DNA of 64,000 bases from an uncultured Spirochaetota bacterium. GTDB taxonomy: Bacteria; Spirochaetota; Spirochaetia; SZUA-6; CAVTHK01. The notes beneath the pieces are model-generated. The model was not told where the DNA came from and made no database searches. It saw only the letters and a list, made by a program, of their open reading frames with translations. Location of the stretch: contig CAVTHK010000016.1 in the NCBI GenBank assembly GCA_963734495.1, forward strand, positions 128,001-192,000, given 5' to 3'. Each line of letters begins with the position of its first letter. Positions within the stretch are counted from its first letter, which is position 1. This document shows positions 1 through 9,550 of the stretch, in pieces. A program made the translations under genes and the position numbers.

Positions 1-39
1 GGTGCGGCCTCGCAGCGGAACGCCCCCTCGGGCCAGAGC

Positions 40-564
40 TCAGCTAAGGCGAGTGCGCCGGCGCGCCGCCTCCCGGCGAATGAGCCCCGCCACGGCCTGC
101 AGCTTCTGCCTGCACTTGCGGCTCCTGCCGCGAAGCAGCTCAGCCACGCGCCCCGGCTGCCAGTCGCGCCAGAGCCAGACGGCAAACGTCTCCGCGAAGT
201 CTTCGACCGGGTGCGTCTCCGCGTAGCGGGACACGTAGTCAGGCCCGCAGCGCCGCGGCTTCGGGCCGCGCCGGTAGGGGCGGTCGTAATCGCCAAAGAG
301 CGCCCGCAGGCTCCGTCTGTCGGCGCGCGTCAGGCAGGAGGCGGCAAAGTGGTGGCCGAGCTCGTGGATGAGCAGGTAGGCGCGTGAGCGGAACGCGGCG
401 TACGGCTTGCGGGCGTCCGCGGGGTTCAGCCCGATGGTATCGTTGCGCTCGTCGTGAAAGGACTCCTCGCGCACGACGCGGATGCGCCGGACTCCGTCGA
501 AGACGGGGCCCAGACCGATGCCGCGAAAGTAGGCCTCGACCCTGGCGATAGAGCGCTGGAACAC
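40..564 (-). CDS. putative zinc-binding metallopeptidase (Peptidase_Mx-like, stand-alone catalytic domain)
   Basis: HELGH zincin motif followed by YVSRYAETHPVEDFAETF; GTG start. Confidence 0.75.
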   Translation of the reverse strand: MFQRSIARVEAYFRGIGLGPVFDGVRRIRVVREESFHDERNDTIGLNPADARKPYAAFRSRAYLLIHELGHHFAASCLTRADRRSLRALFGDYDRPYRRGPKPRRCGPDYVSRYAETHPVEDFAETFAVWLWRDWQPGRVAELLRGRSRKCRQKLQAVAGLIRREAARRRTRLS

Positions 565-625
565 CGCGGGATGGTATCATGGCCCGGGCAGGCCTTGCAG
601 TGCCCCGCGAGGTGCGGAGGTTCCC

Positions 626-2152
626 ATGGCTACGGAAGAAAAGGTGAAGGTTTTCGAGCGGGCATCCTTCATCAAGGCTTTCCTCAAAGCCTTCGAGGAG
701 ATGCCGCATCGGGGGGCGGGCACGTCTTTCGAGCCGCGTTCAGCCCGCATCCTCACGGAGCTCGCGGGCCGACGCCTCGCGGGGAGCGTCGAGGCCCAGC
801 CTTTCGCGATCGACCTCTCGAGCGGCGCGTGGAACGTCGCTGTTCACGGTGTGGTCCTGCTGGGGTCGCTCGCGTTTCTCTGGGCGACCGGGCTGTTCGT
901 CGGGCGGGCGTGGAGCGCCGGGCGCAATCCGGTGGACTTCGGGCCCCTCGGGGTCCTTGCGTGGCCTGTCGTCGCCGCCTGCCTGGCCGTCTGCCTCACC
1001 GTGCTCGGGTCGCGCTTCTGCGCCGGATGGAGGGGCTGGACGCTCCTCTCCTTTCTCGTGCCCAACGCCGATTCCACGAACGTCATCGTGAGCACGCTGC
1101 CTCCCGCGGACCTCGACGAGCTGCGCCTCGAGCCCGAGACGGCGTGGCGGCGGCGGTTCGAGAAAAGCCGAGCCGAGCGGCTCGTGATCTTCTCGGCCCA
1201 CTACGACTCCGCCCGGTGCCTCTCGCTCGCGCCGCGGCGGCGCACGCCCAAGTTCCTCCGCGCCGCGGTCAAGAACGGCATCGGCACTCTCCCGACGGCG
1301 GCGCAGTTCCTGCTGATCGCATTCTTTATCGTCATGACGCTGCTCTCGTGGACGGGCAGGGCACCTCGGGTTCTTGCCTCTCCCTGGGCGACCGTCGCCA
1401 TCCTCGCTTTCGTTGCGGCCGTGATGGCGGCGACCATCGCCGAGGCGGCGCTGTCGCTGCGCTCGGCCAACCTTCCGTTCTGCCCGGGGTTCAACGACAA
1501 CCTCTCCGCTGTCGCCGCGGTCTTCGACGTGCTTGCCGAGACCATGGCGAAAACGGCTGTCACCGCCGAAGACCGGATCGCCTGTCCGAACCCGGCGCGG
1601 CCTCTCGCGGCGCTCTCGCGCAGGACGGCTTTCATGGCGGTGTTTACCGGGTCGGAAGAGAACGGCCTTCGGGGCTCGATCGAGTTCGGCCGGCGCATTC
1701 TCCGCGCCGCGAGCAGAGCCTTCGGGCTCGGTCGGCTGCTGCTCGTGAACCTCGACAGCGTGTCAGGCGGGCGCCTGCTGGCGGTGAATGCCGAGCACAC
1801 GTTTGCCGGGTTCGTGCGAAAGGGAGACCGGCGCTTCCTCGAAGCGGCCCGGCCGATCCTCGAGACGCAGCGCGTTGTCGATGGCCACAGCTATGCCATC
1901 GAGGTGCAGGACGGTCCGCTTGAGGCCTGCACGGACCTTACGGGTTTCGCGCGAGCGTCGTTCGGAGGCAGGCTCAGGGCCTTCTCGATCTCGTCGAAGG
2001 ACAAGAACGACGAGCCGCGCGACTATCACCTGCCGAGCGACGGGCCGGCGACGCTCCTCGGCGACCCGGCGAACGTAGGGACGATCGTCGCGGTCGCCGA
2101 GGCGCTCAAGGACATCCTCGAGGCTGCGGACAAGGGTCTGCTGGACGGGTAG
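626..2152 (+). CDS. membrane-embedded M28-family metallopeptidase
   Basis: Complete M28 ligand set (SAHYD, GFNDN, GSEE, NLDSV, YHLPSD); two pairs of hydrophobic segments; GGAGG RBS. Confidence 0.8.
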   Translation: MATEEKVKVFERASFIKAFLKAFEEMPHRGAGTSFEPRSARILTELAGRRLAGSVEAQPFAIDLSSGAWNVAVHGVVLLGSLAFLWATGLFVGRAWSAGRNPVDFGPLGVLAWPVVAACLAVCLTVLGSRFCAGWRGWTLLSFLVPNADSTNVIVSTLPPADLDELRLEPETAWRRRFEKSRAERLVIFSAHYDSARCLSLAPRRRTPKFLRAAVKNGIGTLPTAAQFLLIAFFIVMTLLSWTGRAPRVLASPWATVAILAFVAAVMAATIAEAALSLRSANLPFCPGFNDNLSAVAAVFDVLAETMAKTAVTAEDRIACPNPARPLAALSRRTAFMAVFTGSEENGLRGSIEFGRRILRAASRAFGLGRLLLVNLDSVSGGRLLAVNAEHTFAGFVRKGDRRFLEAARPILETQRVVDGHSYAIEVQDGPLEACTDLTGFARASFGGRLRAFSISSKDKNDEPRDYHLPSDGPATLLGDPANVGTIVAVAEALKDILEAADKGLLDG

Positions 2153-2198
2153 CGCGCGGCCGGCGCGAGGCCCGCACGGCGCACTGATCCGCCGAGCG

Positions 2199-3326
2199 TC
2201 ACCGCGCCCAGGACGGCACGTACTCCCGGGCGTGGCGGTACATCGTCAGGACGTTTTCCACCGGCACGTCGGGCTGAATATTGTGCACAGCCGACAGGAC
2301 GTACCCCCCGCCGCTGCCGAGCGCTTCGATGCGGCGTTCCACTTCGGCGCGCACTTCGTCGAGCGACCCGAAGGGCAGCACGCGCTGCGTGTCCACCGCG
2401 CCCCAGAACGCGAGCCGGCCGCGGTAGGCCTTCTTCAAGACTTCCGGGTCCATGCCCGCTGCGGTGACCTGCACCGGGTTGAGGACCTCGACGCCGATGT
2501 CGACCAGGTCGCCGACGATGTCGGCCACGGAACCGCAGCTGTGAAAAAACACCTTGGCGGGAGACATCTCGTGCATCAGGCGGAAGTACTGCTCGTGCCT
2601 CGGCTTGAACAGGCTGCGGTAGGTCTCGGGCGAGACCATCAGCCCGCCCTGCAGGCCGAGGTCGTCGGAGCCCACGAGCACGTCGACCTGGTCGCCGATC
2701 TCGCGGAGGATCGCGCGGCAGATGGCGAGGCTCACTTCGAGAACGGCGTCGAACAGCGCGCACGCGAGCTTCGGGTCCGCGGCCAGGTCGACGAACCAGT
2801 CCTCGAAGCCCCGCAGGTACTGGCTCGTGTGGACAAAGGCGCTCGGCAGGTTCAGGGCGATCGCGCAGTCCGTGGTCTCGCGAATCGCTCGCACGCGGTC
2901 GCGAAGGCCCGCCACCCGGACCGGGTCGTCCGGGTCCGGCCAGGCGTACCCCGCGATGTCCGAGAGATCGATCGAGCCCGAGAGCGGGAAGCGCACCTGG
3001 TCGTAATAGAGCGCGCCGGGGGGCTGGACGCGCTCGACGCCCCACTCGTCGCGATAGGCGCGCTCACCCGTGGCTGTGTCGGCGGGCGCGGCGGGAAAGA
3101 CCCCGCGCGCGTCGACGTCGAGCGCCTCGAGGACACTCTCCTCGACTGCGACTGATCTCATCATCCGGCTGGTGAGCACAGGATCGACGCCGATGCCCAG
3201 GCGTCCGCCGAGCCGCTTGTAGGCCTCGACGACGAGGCTGGTGTTCCTCGTGGCCCCCAGGTCTATCGGCACGCGGTCCGGCTGCCTGTGCGAGAGCGCC
3301 GCCACGACGCGTTCCCTGTGAGTCAT
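2199..3326 (-). CDS. uroporphyrinogen decarboxylase / MtaA-CmuA-like family protein
   Basis: MTHRERV..ALSHRQPDRVP N-terminus, DEWG, SDDLG, FFHSCG, FWGAVD, HNIQPDVPVENV; ATG at 3326. Confidence 0.85.
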   Translation of the reverse strand: MTHRERVVAALSHRQPDRVPIDLGATRNTSLVVEAYKRLGGRLGIGVDPVLTSRMMRSVAVEESVLEALDVDARGVFPAAPADTATGERAYRDEWGVERVQPPGALYYDQVRFPLSGSIDLSDIAGYAWPDPDDPVRVAGLRDRVRAIRETTDCAIALNLPSAFVHTSQYLRGFEDWFVDLAADPKLACALFDAVLEVSLAICRAILREIGDQVDVLVGSDDLGLQGGLMVSPETYRSLFKPRHEQYFRLMHEMSPAKVFFHSCGSVADIVGDLVDIGVEVLNPVQVTAAGMDPEVLKKAYRGRLAFWGAVDTQRVLPFGSLDEVRAEVERRIEALGSGGGYVLSAVHNIQPDVPVENVLTMYRHAREYVPSWAR

Positions 3327-3424
3327 CCCTTCCCCCTTTTGCCGCGGCGGGCGCGGGACCCGCAGGACCGCGGCGCTTGACAAGCCCGACCCGCGCGAGG
3401 CTCCTGAAAGCCCAGGAGGTCGCC

Positions 3425-4363
3425 ATGGCGAAATCAAGACAAGCCGCAAAGCGCCCGCGGATCACGAACCTGTCGCATATCGCACTCTATGCCCGGGATG
3501 TGGAGAGGTCAATCTCGTTCTACGGGGAGGTTCTCGGGTACCACGATGTGCTTCGCCGGACTGGGCCCGACGGCAGGGTGGAGCTGGCCCGGGTCAGGAT
3601 CAACGATCGGCAGTACGTCGAGCTGCTGCCCGAGCGCGAGCCGAACACCGACCGCCTGCACAAGTTCGGGTTCGTGACGGACGACGCGGAGGCGATGCGC
3701 GCGTACCTCGCGAGCGAAGGGGTCAAAGTGCCCGCGACAGTGTCGGGAGGGCGCGGAGAAAACGCCTGGTTCTCCGTGGAGGATCCCGACGGTCACACGG
3801 TCGAGCTGACCCAGTACGACCCGGGCGCCTGGCCGATGCGCCGCGGCGCAGCCGCCGGAGCCGCCGGAGCCACGGGAACCAAGGGAACCGCGCAAGGCGC
3901 CGATACCCTCGACGTCGAGCGGATCTCGACGTGCCTCATGCACATAGGCTTCACTTCGTACTCCCTGGACAAGTCGATGGCCTTCTACCGTGACGTCCTG
4001 GGATGCAAGGAGATGTGGCGCGGGAGCCGCGACCGGAAGCAGCTCTCCTGGGTGCAATTGACGCTGCCGGACAGCATCGACTACATCGAGTTCATGCTGT
4101 ACGACGCCCCCCCTCTGCTGGAGCGGCTCGGGGTGCTCAACCACTTCGGCCTCGAAGTCCCCGACATCCGCAACGCGAGGGAGCTGCTCGAAGGCCGCCG
4201 GGGCTTCGCCGGCTACGCGCGGCCGCTGGAGCCCGTGATCGGTGTCTGTCATCACAGGATCCTCAACACCTTCGACCCGGACGGGTCGCGGGCCGAGCTG
4301 ATGGAGCGCGCGACGTACGACGGACTGCCGAGGCCCTCCACTCACGAGCCGCCTCCGCGGTGA
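3425..4363 (+). CDS. two-domain VOC (glyoxalase/bleomycin resistance) family protein
   Basis: Duplicated HI..../FY..VLG/DPDG..VEL pattern; GGAGG RBS before ATG 3425. Confidence 0.85.
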   Translation: MAKSRQAAKRPRITNLSHIALYARDVERSISFYGEVLGYHDVLRRTGPDGRVELARVRINDRQYVELLPEREPNTDRLHKFGFVTDDAEAMRAYLASEGVKVPATVSGGRGENAWFSVEDPDGHTVELTQYDPGAWPMRRGAAAGAAGATGTKGTAQGADTLDVERISTCLMHIGFTSYSLDKSMAFYRDVLGCKEMWRGSRDRKQLSWVQLTLPDSIDYIEFMLYDAPPLLERLGVLNHFGLEVPDIRNARELLEGRRGFAGYARPLEPVIGVCHHRILNTFDPDGSRAELMERATYDGLPRPSTHEPPPR

Positions 4364-4373
4364 CCAGGGGCGC

Positions 4374-4450
4374 CCAATCATGACGCCAATCCCGCCAATC
4401 GTGTCCAATCGTGAGCGAATCTTGACCGCGGAGTGGAGACCTGCTAAGCT
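4374..4450 (+). promoter_or_regulatory. sigma70 promoter (TTGACC-N17-TAAGCT) preceded by five (C/G)AATC direct repeats
   Basis: -35 at 4422-4427, -10 at 4445-4450; CCAATC at 4374, 4386, 4395, 4405 and CGAATC at 4416. Confidence 0.65.
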
Positions 4451-4568
4451 CCGAAAGCGTCTGCGGACCGAAGAACGCAGAGTTTGAGCGAATGACGATC
4501 GAAGAGAAAGCAACCGTTGGTTGTTTCGTCAAGGCAGTGAACTCGAGGGACTCAGGAAAGGAGCCACT

Positions 4569-5816
4569 ATGAAGAGAATCTTGGGGATCAGCATGATCTT
4601 CGTGCTGATGGTCGGCTTCGTCGCGCTGGCGGAGGGCGGGAAAGAGCCTGCCGCTTCGGCAAAGGCGCCTGTGGAGCTCACGGTGTGGATGGGCAGCTGG
4701 TGGAGCGACAAGGCCCCGCTCATCGTCAAGGAGTTCGAGAAGGCCTTCCCGCAGTACAAGCTCAAGCCGGACACGCTGCCGATCAACGGCTACTTCGACA
4801 ACGCGGTCACGGCGATCCTCGCGGGGAGCCCGCCGGACATCCTCGACATCGACATCACGCAGGTTGCGACCTTTGCGGGCAAGAACCTGCTCACCGACAT
4901 CACGGCGGACGTCGAGCCCAAGCTCAAGGCCGCTGACTTCGTCAAGACCTGCTGGGACTACAGCCACTTCAAGGGCAAGATGTACGGCATGCCCAACCGC
5001 GGCACGGGCGGCGTCTACTTCTACAACAAGAACATGTTCGACGCGGCCGGCGTCGCGTACCCCACTGACTCCTGGAACTGGGACGACGCGCTCACGATGG
5101 CCAAGAAGATCACGGTCCCCGGCCAGAAGTACGGGATCGGGATCGCGGCGGACCTGAGCGACCCCAACAACGTCTGGTCGTCCTTCGCGCCGGTCCTCTG
5201 GGGCTTCGGCGGCGAGTTCATGAACGCGGACAGGACCAAGTCGACCATGGACACGCCCAACGCGATCAAGGGGATCACGTACTGGACCGAGCTCCTCACC
5301 AAGTGGAAGGTCGCCCCGGAAGGCAGCGTCAACTACACCATCTCGAGGGACTGCGTGCCGCTGTTCCAGGCGAACAAGCTCGCGATGCTGCCCTTCGGTG
5401 TGAGCGGCGCCATCACCTTTGATGCCACGCCCGGCCTCAAGTGGGGCCTGGTGCAGGTTCCGCTCGGAAACAACCGCGGCGGCGGCTGGACCTACACCGT
5501 TCCCGTGTCGGCCAAGCACAAGAAGGACGCCATCAACTACCTGCTCTGGTTCGCCAAGCCGGAGATCCAGGCGCCCCTGTGCGCGACGGAGCCGTCGGTG
5601 ATCGCGGCCTGGAGCATGGCCGCGCCGTGGAACACGCCGATCTACCTGCAGATGCTCAAAGCCGCCAGGAGCGCAAGGGCGCTGCCGGACACCGCCAAGT
5701 GGGGCGAGGCCTCGACCCTCATGATCAAGGAATTGCAGAAGGGGCTCCAGGGGCAGAAGACCCCCGAGCAGGTCGGCAAGGACATGACGGCCCTCGTCGA
5801 CCCGATCCTCAAGTAG
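4569..5816 (+). CDS. sugar ABC transporter substrate-binding protein
   Basis: Signal peptide, AGSPPDI, GKMYGMP..YFYNKNMFDAAG, WNWDD motifs of SBP_bac_1/8. Confidence 0.9.
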   Translation: MKRILGISMIFVLMVGFVALAEGGKEPAASAKAPVELTVWMGSWWSDKAPLIVKEFEKAFPQYKLKPDTLPINGYFDNAVTAILAGSPPDILDIDITQVATFAGKNLLTDITADVEPKLKAADFVKTCWDYSHFKGKMYGMPNRGTGGVYFYNKNMFDAAGVAYPTDSWNWDDALTMAKKITVPGQKYGIGIAADLSDPNNVWSSFAPVLWGFGGEFMNADRTKSTMDTPNAIKGITYWTELLTKWKVAPEGSVNYTISRDCVPLFQANKLAMLPFGVSGAITFDATPGLKWGLVQVPLGNNRGGGWTYTVPVSAKHKKDAINYLLWFAKPEIQAPLCATEPSVIAAWSMAAPWNTPIYLQMLKAARSARALPDTAKWGEASTLMIKELQKGLQGQKTPEQVGKDMTALVDPILK

Positions 5817-5839
5817 TGTCAGCGACCGCGTAGCGTCGT

Positions 5840-5876
5840 CGCGGCCGGTCTCCGCCTCGGAGACCGGCCGCGTTTT
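5840..5876 (+). terminator. 15-bp perfect stem-loop plus T-tract after the SBP gene
   Basis: CGCGGCCGGTCTCCG-CCT-CGGAGACCGGCCGCG followed by TTTT. Confidence 0.75.
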
Positions 5877-5925
5877 CCAGGTACCGCATCCGCCGGATAG
5901 CGCGTCCGGGGTGGAGGAACACGCG

Positions 5926-6846
5926 ATGCCCGACACCTTGACCACGACCGCCCGAAGGCGACTGATCGGCACCCTCCTCGTCCTGCCGTGCACCATCGTG
6001 CTGCTGCTCATGATGGCGTACCCCGTGGTGCAGACCTTCTTCTTCAGCTTTTCCAACATCGAGCTTCCGGGCTTCAAGCTGAGCTTCGCGCGGCTGGACA
6101 ACTTTGTCAGGGCGTTCACCAAGCCCGAGGTGAGCGTCGTCATCAGGAACACGATCGTGTGGACGCTCCTGTCCACGTTCTTCCGACTGCTCCTCGGGCT
6201 TCTCTGCGCCCTCGTCATGAACGCGAACGTGCCGGGGGTCGGGGTCCTCAGGGTCATCGCGCTGCTGCCGTGGACCATGCCGATCATCGTCTCCTCCAAC
6301 TCCTGGAGGTGGATGCTCGCCAGCGACTACGGCGTGATCAACGGCACGCTCAAGGTCCTGGGGCTCGACAAGCTCGCGCTGAACTGGCTGGCGAGCTCGC
6401 AGACGGCGCTCGGGTCGGTCCTCGTCGCCTCGACCTGGGTCGGGTACGCGTTCATCATGATGATGCTGCTCTCCGCGATGCAGGCCCTCTCGAAGGACCT
6501 GTACGAGGCGGCGCGCATCGACGGCGCCCGCGGGTTCCAGCTCTTCCGCTACATAACGCTGCCGGGGATCAGGCCGGTCCTCCTGGTGGTCCTTACGCTG
6601 GAGACGATCAGCGCCATCAACGCGTTCGACATGATCTTCGTAATGACCGGCGGCGGGCCGGGCGGCTCCACCGAGATCATGGGCCTGTTCGTCTACAGGC
6701 TGGCGTTCGGCAACTTCGACTTCGGGGCCGCGTCGGCCGTGAGCGTCGTCTTGATCCTGATAGCGCTGGTGGGCTTCAGCCTGTATGGTCCGGCCCGCGC
6801 GATGATCGGCAAGAAGGGCGACGGGACCGAGGGCGAAGCCCCGTGA
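5926..6846 (+). CDS. carbohydrate ABC transporter permease (MalF-like)
   Basis: Multiple TM segments, EAARIDGA motif, MTGGGPGGSTE. Confidence 0.92.
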   Translation: MPDTLTTTARRRLIGTLLVLPCTIVLLLMMAYPVVQTFFFSFSNIELPGFKLSFARLDNFVRAFTKPEVSVVIRNTIVWTLLSTFFRLLLGLLCALVMNANVPGVGVLRVIALLPWTMPIIVSSNSWRWMLASDYGVINGTLKVLGLDKLALNWLASSQTALGSVLVASTWVGYAFIMMMLLSAMQALSKDLYEAARIDGARGFQLFRYITLPGIRPVLLVVLTLETISAINAFDMIFVMTGGGPGGSTEIMGLFVYRLAFGNFDFGAASAVSVVLILIALVGFSLYGPARAMIGKKGDGTEGEAP

Positions 6847-6868
6847 CCGGGTCGAGTGAGGTGACACC

Positions 6869-7717
6869 ATGAGGAAGGCGCGTATTTCAAGCAGGAGGAT
6901 GCTCTACTACGTCCTGATCTACGGCGCGGCTTTCCTGATCTGCGTGTGGAGCGTGATCCCGGTCCTCTGGAGCGTGAGCACCTCGCTCAAGCCGGAGGCG
7001 GCGATCTTCTCGCAGCCGCCGGCGTGGATCCCGGGCGAAGTTTCGTTCGAGCACTATCGGGCGGTGTTCGCGGATCCGAGGATGCTGAGGTACTTCTACA
7101 ACTCGTTCGTCACCGCGGCGTTGTCCACGATCATCGCGCTGATCGTCGGAATCCTCGGCGCCTACGGGTTCTCCCGCTACAAGTTCCCGGGATCCAAGAG
7201 CATCATGATCTCGATCCTCCTCACGCGCATGCTCCCGAGGGTGGCGCTGATCGTCCCGTTCTTCGTCACGCTGCAGAAGATCCACCTCTACAACACGCGT
7301 CCCGGCCTCACCCTGGTCTTCCTGATCATAACGATGCCGCTCTCGATCTGGCTCCTCAAGGGCTTCTTCGACGGCGTGCCGATCGAGATCGAAGAGGCGG
7401 CGATCGTCGACGGGTGCTCCCCGCTCGGCGTGCTGCTGAGGATCGTCGTCCCCGTCACGCTGCCCGCGATCGGGTCCGTCGGCATGTACGTGTTCATCAC
7501 GGCGTGGAACGAGTTCCTGTTCGCCTTGACGATGACCAAGGGGCTGCCGCTGCGGACCATCTCGGTCGGCCTCGCCTTCTTCATCGATGAGTTCGGGATC
7601 CGGTGGGGCCAGCTCATGGCCGCGTCGGTGCTGATGAGCATCCCCGCGATCCTCGTGTTCACGCTCTTCCAGAAGAGCCTGATCAAGGGACTGAGCGAGG
7701 GAGCGGTCAAAGGCTAA
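6869..7717 (+). CDS. carbohydrate ABC transporter permease (MalG-like)
   Basis: EEAAIVDGC, WNEFLFA, C-terminal GAVKG. Confidence 0.92.
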   Translation: MRKARISSRRMLYYVLIYGAAFLICVWSVIPVLWSVSTSLKPEAAIFSQPPAWIPGEVSFEHYRAVFADPRMLRYFYNSFVTAALSTIIALIVGILGAYGFSRYKFPGSKSIMISILLTRMLPRVALIVPFFVTLQKIHLYNTRPGLTLVFLIITMPLSIWLLKGFFDGVPIEIEEAAIVDGCSPLGVLLRIVVPVTLPAIGSVGMYVFITAWNEFLFALTMTKGLPLRTISVGLAFFIDEFGIRWGQLMAASVLMSIPAILVFTLFQKSLIKGLSEGAVKG

Positions 7718-8001
7718 AGTTGAAGGAAGGCAGGCGGCGGCGGCCCGGCCGGCTAGCGGGGCGCCGCGTGCTCATTCGGGCGGGCGACCGCCCGGCGGGG
7801 CACGCCACGCGCGGTCTGCCACTCTGTCCGGCCGCCTGGATGCGGCTGTCTGCGCCGCTGCCGCCTTCCAGGCCCCCGCGAGGTCTGCCTCTGCGGCAAT
7901 TCCAGCCGGGCCCGCGCTCGTCTGCCGCGACGACTTCTCAGGGGGCGACGCACGACGCCCGATACGGCCCGGACGCTCAGGCGACCCGCGGCTGATGGTC
8001 T

Positions 8002-8547
8002 CTATCGCGATCTCACGATACGCTTCAGCAATCCGGCTACATCCTGCGTTACCTTGGCGAGGTCCTCTGCATTCGGCCGTCCACGTATGTCACCCAAGGG
8101 ACCCATGGTACTGAATTCCTCAGAGCCGTGAAACTCGCCAACGATGCACCAATCATCCACGACCGTGAAACCCAGGTGGGCGAAGTACTGACCTGCATAC
8201 TTGCATGCCGGTAGGGCTTCGTCGATCCCGGTGTGCGGTCCGGAGTAGGTGCAGAATATGAGCGCATTCTTTCCGGGTACCTTCGGGGCGGACGTCTTTA
8301 TGCGGTCCATCCTGCGGTACTCCGCAAATTTCTCCTTGAGAAGTCTATCCACCGGCCCCGGCGGCGACCACTGATAGGCAGGAAATCCGAGGCAAACGAG
8401 ATCATAGGAGAACCAGTCAAGGTCGCGGGCTTCCTCCGCTTTCTTGCAGGTCACTCGTGCGCCGTCACCCTCGAGGCTTGACTTGATTGCCAAAGCAACT
8501 TTCTCAGTATTGCCAGTCTTGGACCAGTAGATGACAGCCGCGTCCAT
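8002..8547 (-). CDS. flavodoxin family protein
   Basis: IYWSKTGNTEKVA FMN-binding loop, YDLVCLGFP; AGGAG RBS before ATG 8547. Confidence 0.85.
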   Translation of the reverse strand: MDAAVIYWSKTGNTEKVALAIKSSLEGDGARVTCKKAEEARDLDWFSYDLVCLGFPAYQWSPPGPVDRLLKEKFAEYRRMDRIKTSAPKVPGKNALIFCTYSGPHTGIDEALPACKYAGQYFAHLGFTVVDDWCIVGEFHGSEEFSTMGPLGDIRGRPNAEDLAKVTQDVAGLLKRIVRSR

Positions 8548-8813
8548 GAGGACTCCTTGAGGCCCTGGCGGCCCCCGTGACATCAGCTCCGGTCGTGGGT
8601 CGGTCGTGCTCCTCTCAGATGGTTGCTCTCGATGGCTTCTTGCACTATATACCGGTGCGGTGGCTCTCGCGAGTAGCGGCGCGGGACATGCCGCGCGATC
8701 GCAGGCCCACTGCGCCTACCGGAAGTGCTCCGCCTTCGTCAGAGGGCCGCCGCGGTTTTCCGCAACAAAGCGCCTGTCTCGCACTACGTCGGGGAGTCAG
8801 CCGGCGAGCCTCG

Positions 8814-9527
8814 CTACCACGGGTACTCTTCGCCCTTGTAGTCGCGCAGCACAAGCCTGTCCTCGTCCTGCCGGCTCAGGAAGTAGGCGAGAGCGTACCC
8901 GGCGGCCTCCTCGGGCTCCAGCGCGGCCGCTTCGTTCTTGTACCCGTGCATGTAGGAGCGCATGAAGCCCGGGTGATACAGGCGGAAGGTGTACCCCTCC
9001 GGCCGCAGGTGGTTGAAGAGGATGCTCACCGCCATGTTCAGCGCCGTCTTCGACATGCAGTAGCCGAACCAGGACGTGCGGCGCGAACGGCCGATGCTGC
9101 CGGCCTCGGAGGAGACGAAGCACAGGCGCTTGAGCTCGCTCGCGTCCATCAGCGGCAGCAGCGCCTCGACGACGCGCAGCGGGCCGAGGGTGTTGATGTC
9201 GAACTGGCGGTGCATCTCGGCGTAGTTCTGCGGCTCCCTGATGGTGGGCTTCGAGCTGTCGCTGATGACGCCGGCGTTGTTGATGAGGAGGTCGAGGCGC
9301 TCGGCGTGCTGCGCCACGGTCTTCGCGGCGGCCTGCGTCGATGCGGTGTCGGCCACGTTGAGGGGGACGACGACCAGCCGCTCCGGGGTGCGCTTCTTGA
9401 GCGCGGCCAGGTCGGGCCAGTCGGGCATGAACTGGCCCGCGAAGACCCGCCAGCCCTGCTCCAGCAGCCGAGCCGCAAGCGCGTGCCCCAGGCCCCGATC
9501 GGCCCCCGTGATGAATGCCGTCTGCAT
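8814..9527 (-). CDS. SDR family NAD(P)-dependent oxidoreductase
   Basis: TGADRGLG, LINNAG, YCMSK catalytic motif; own GGAGG RBS before ATG 9527. Confidence 0.9.
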   Translation of the reverse strand: MQTAFITGADRGLGHALAARLLEQGWRVFAGQFMPDWPDLAALKKRTPERLVVVPLNVADTASTQAAAKTVAQHAERLDLLINNAGVISDSSKPTIREPQNYAEMHRQFDINTLGPLRVVEALLPLMDASELKRLCFVSSEAGSIGRSRRTSWFGYCMSKTALNMAVSILFNHLRPEGYTFRLYHPGFMRSYMHGYKNEAAALEPEEAAGYALAYFLSRQDEDRLVLRDYKGEEYPW

Positions 9528-9550
9528 GAGACCTCCCAAACCCCGCGCGA

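Noticed and set aside
7718..8001. Structured ncRNA in the gap after the first ABC operon
   Set aside because: Only imperfect GC-rich complementarity, with no recognisable RNA family motif or promoter.
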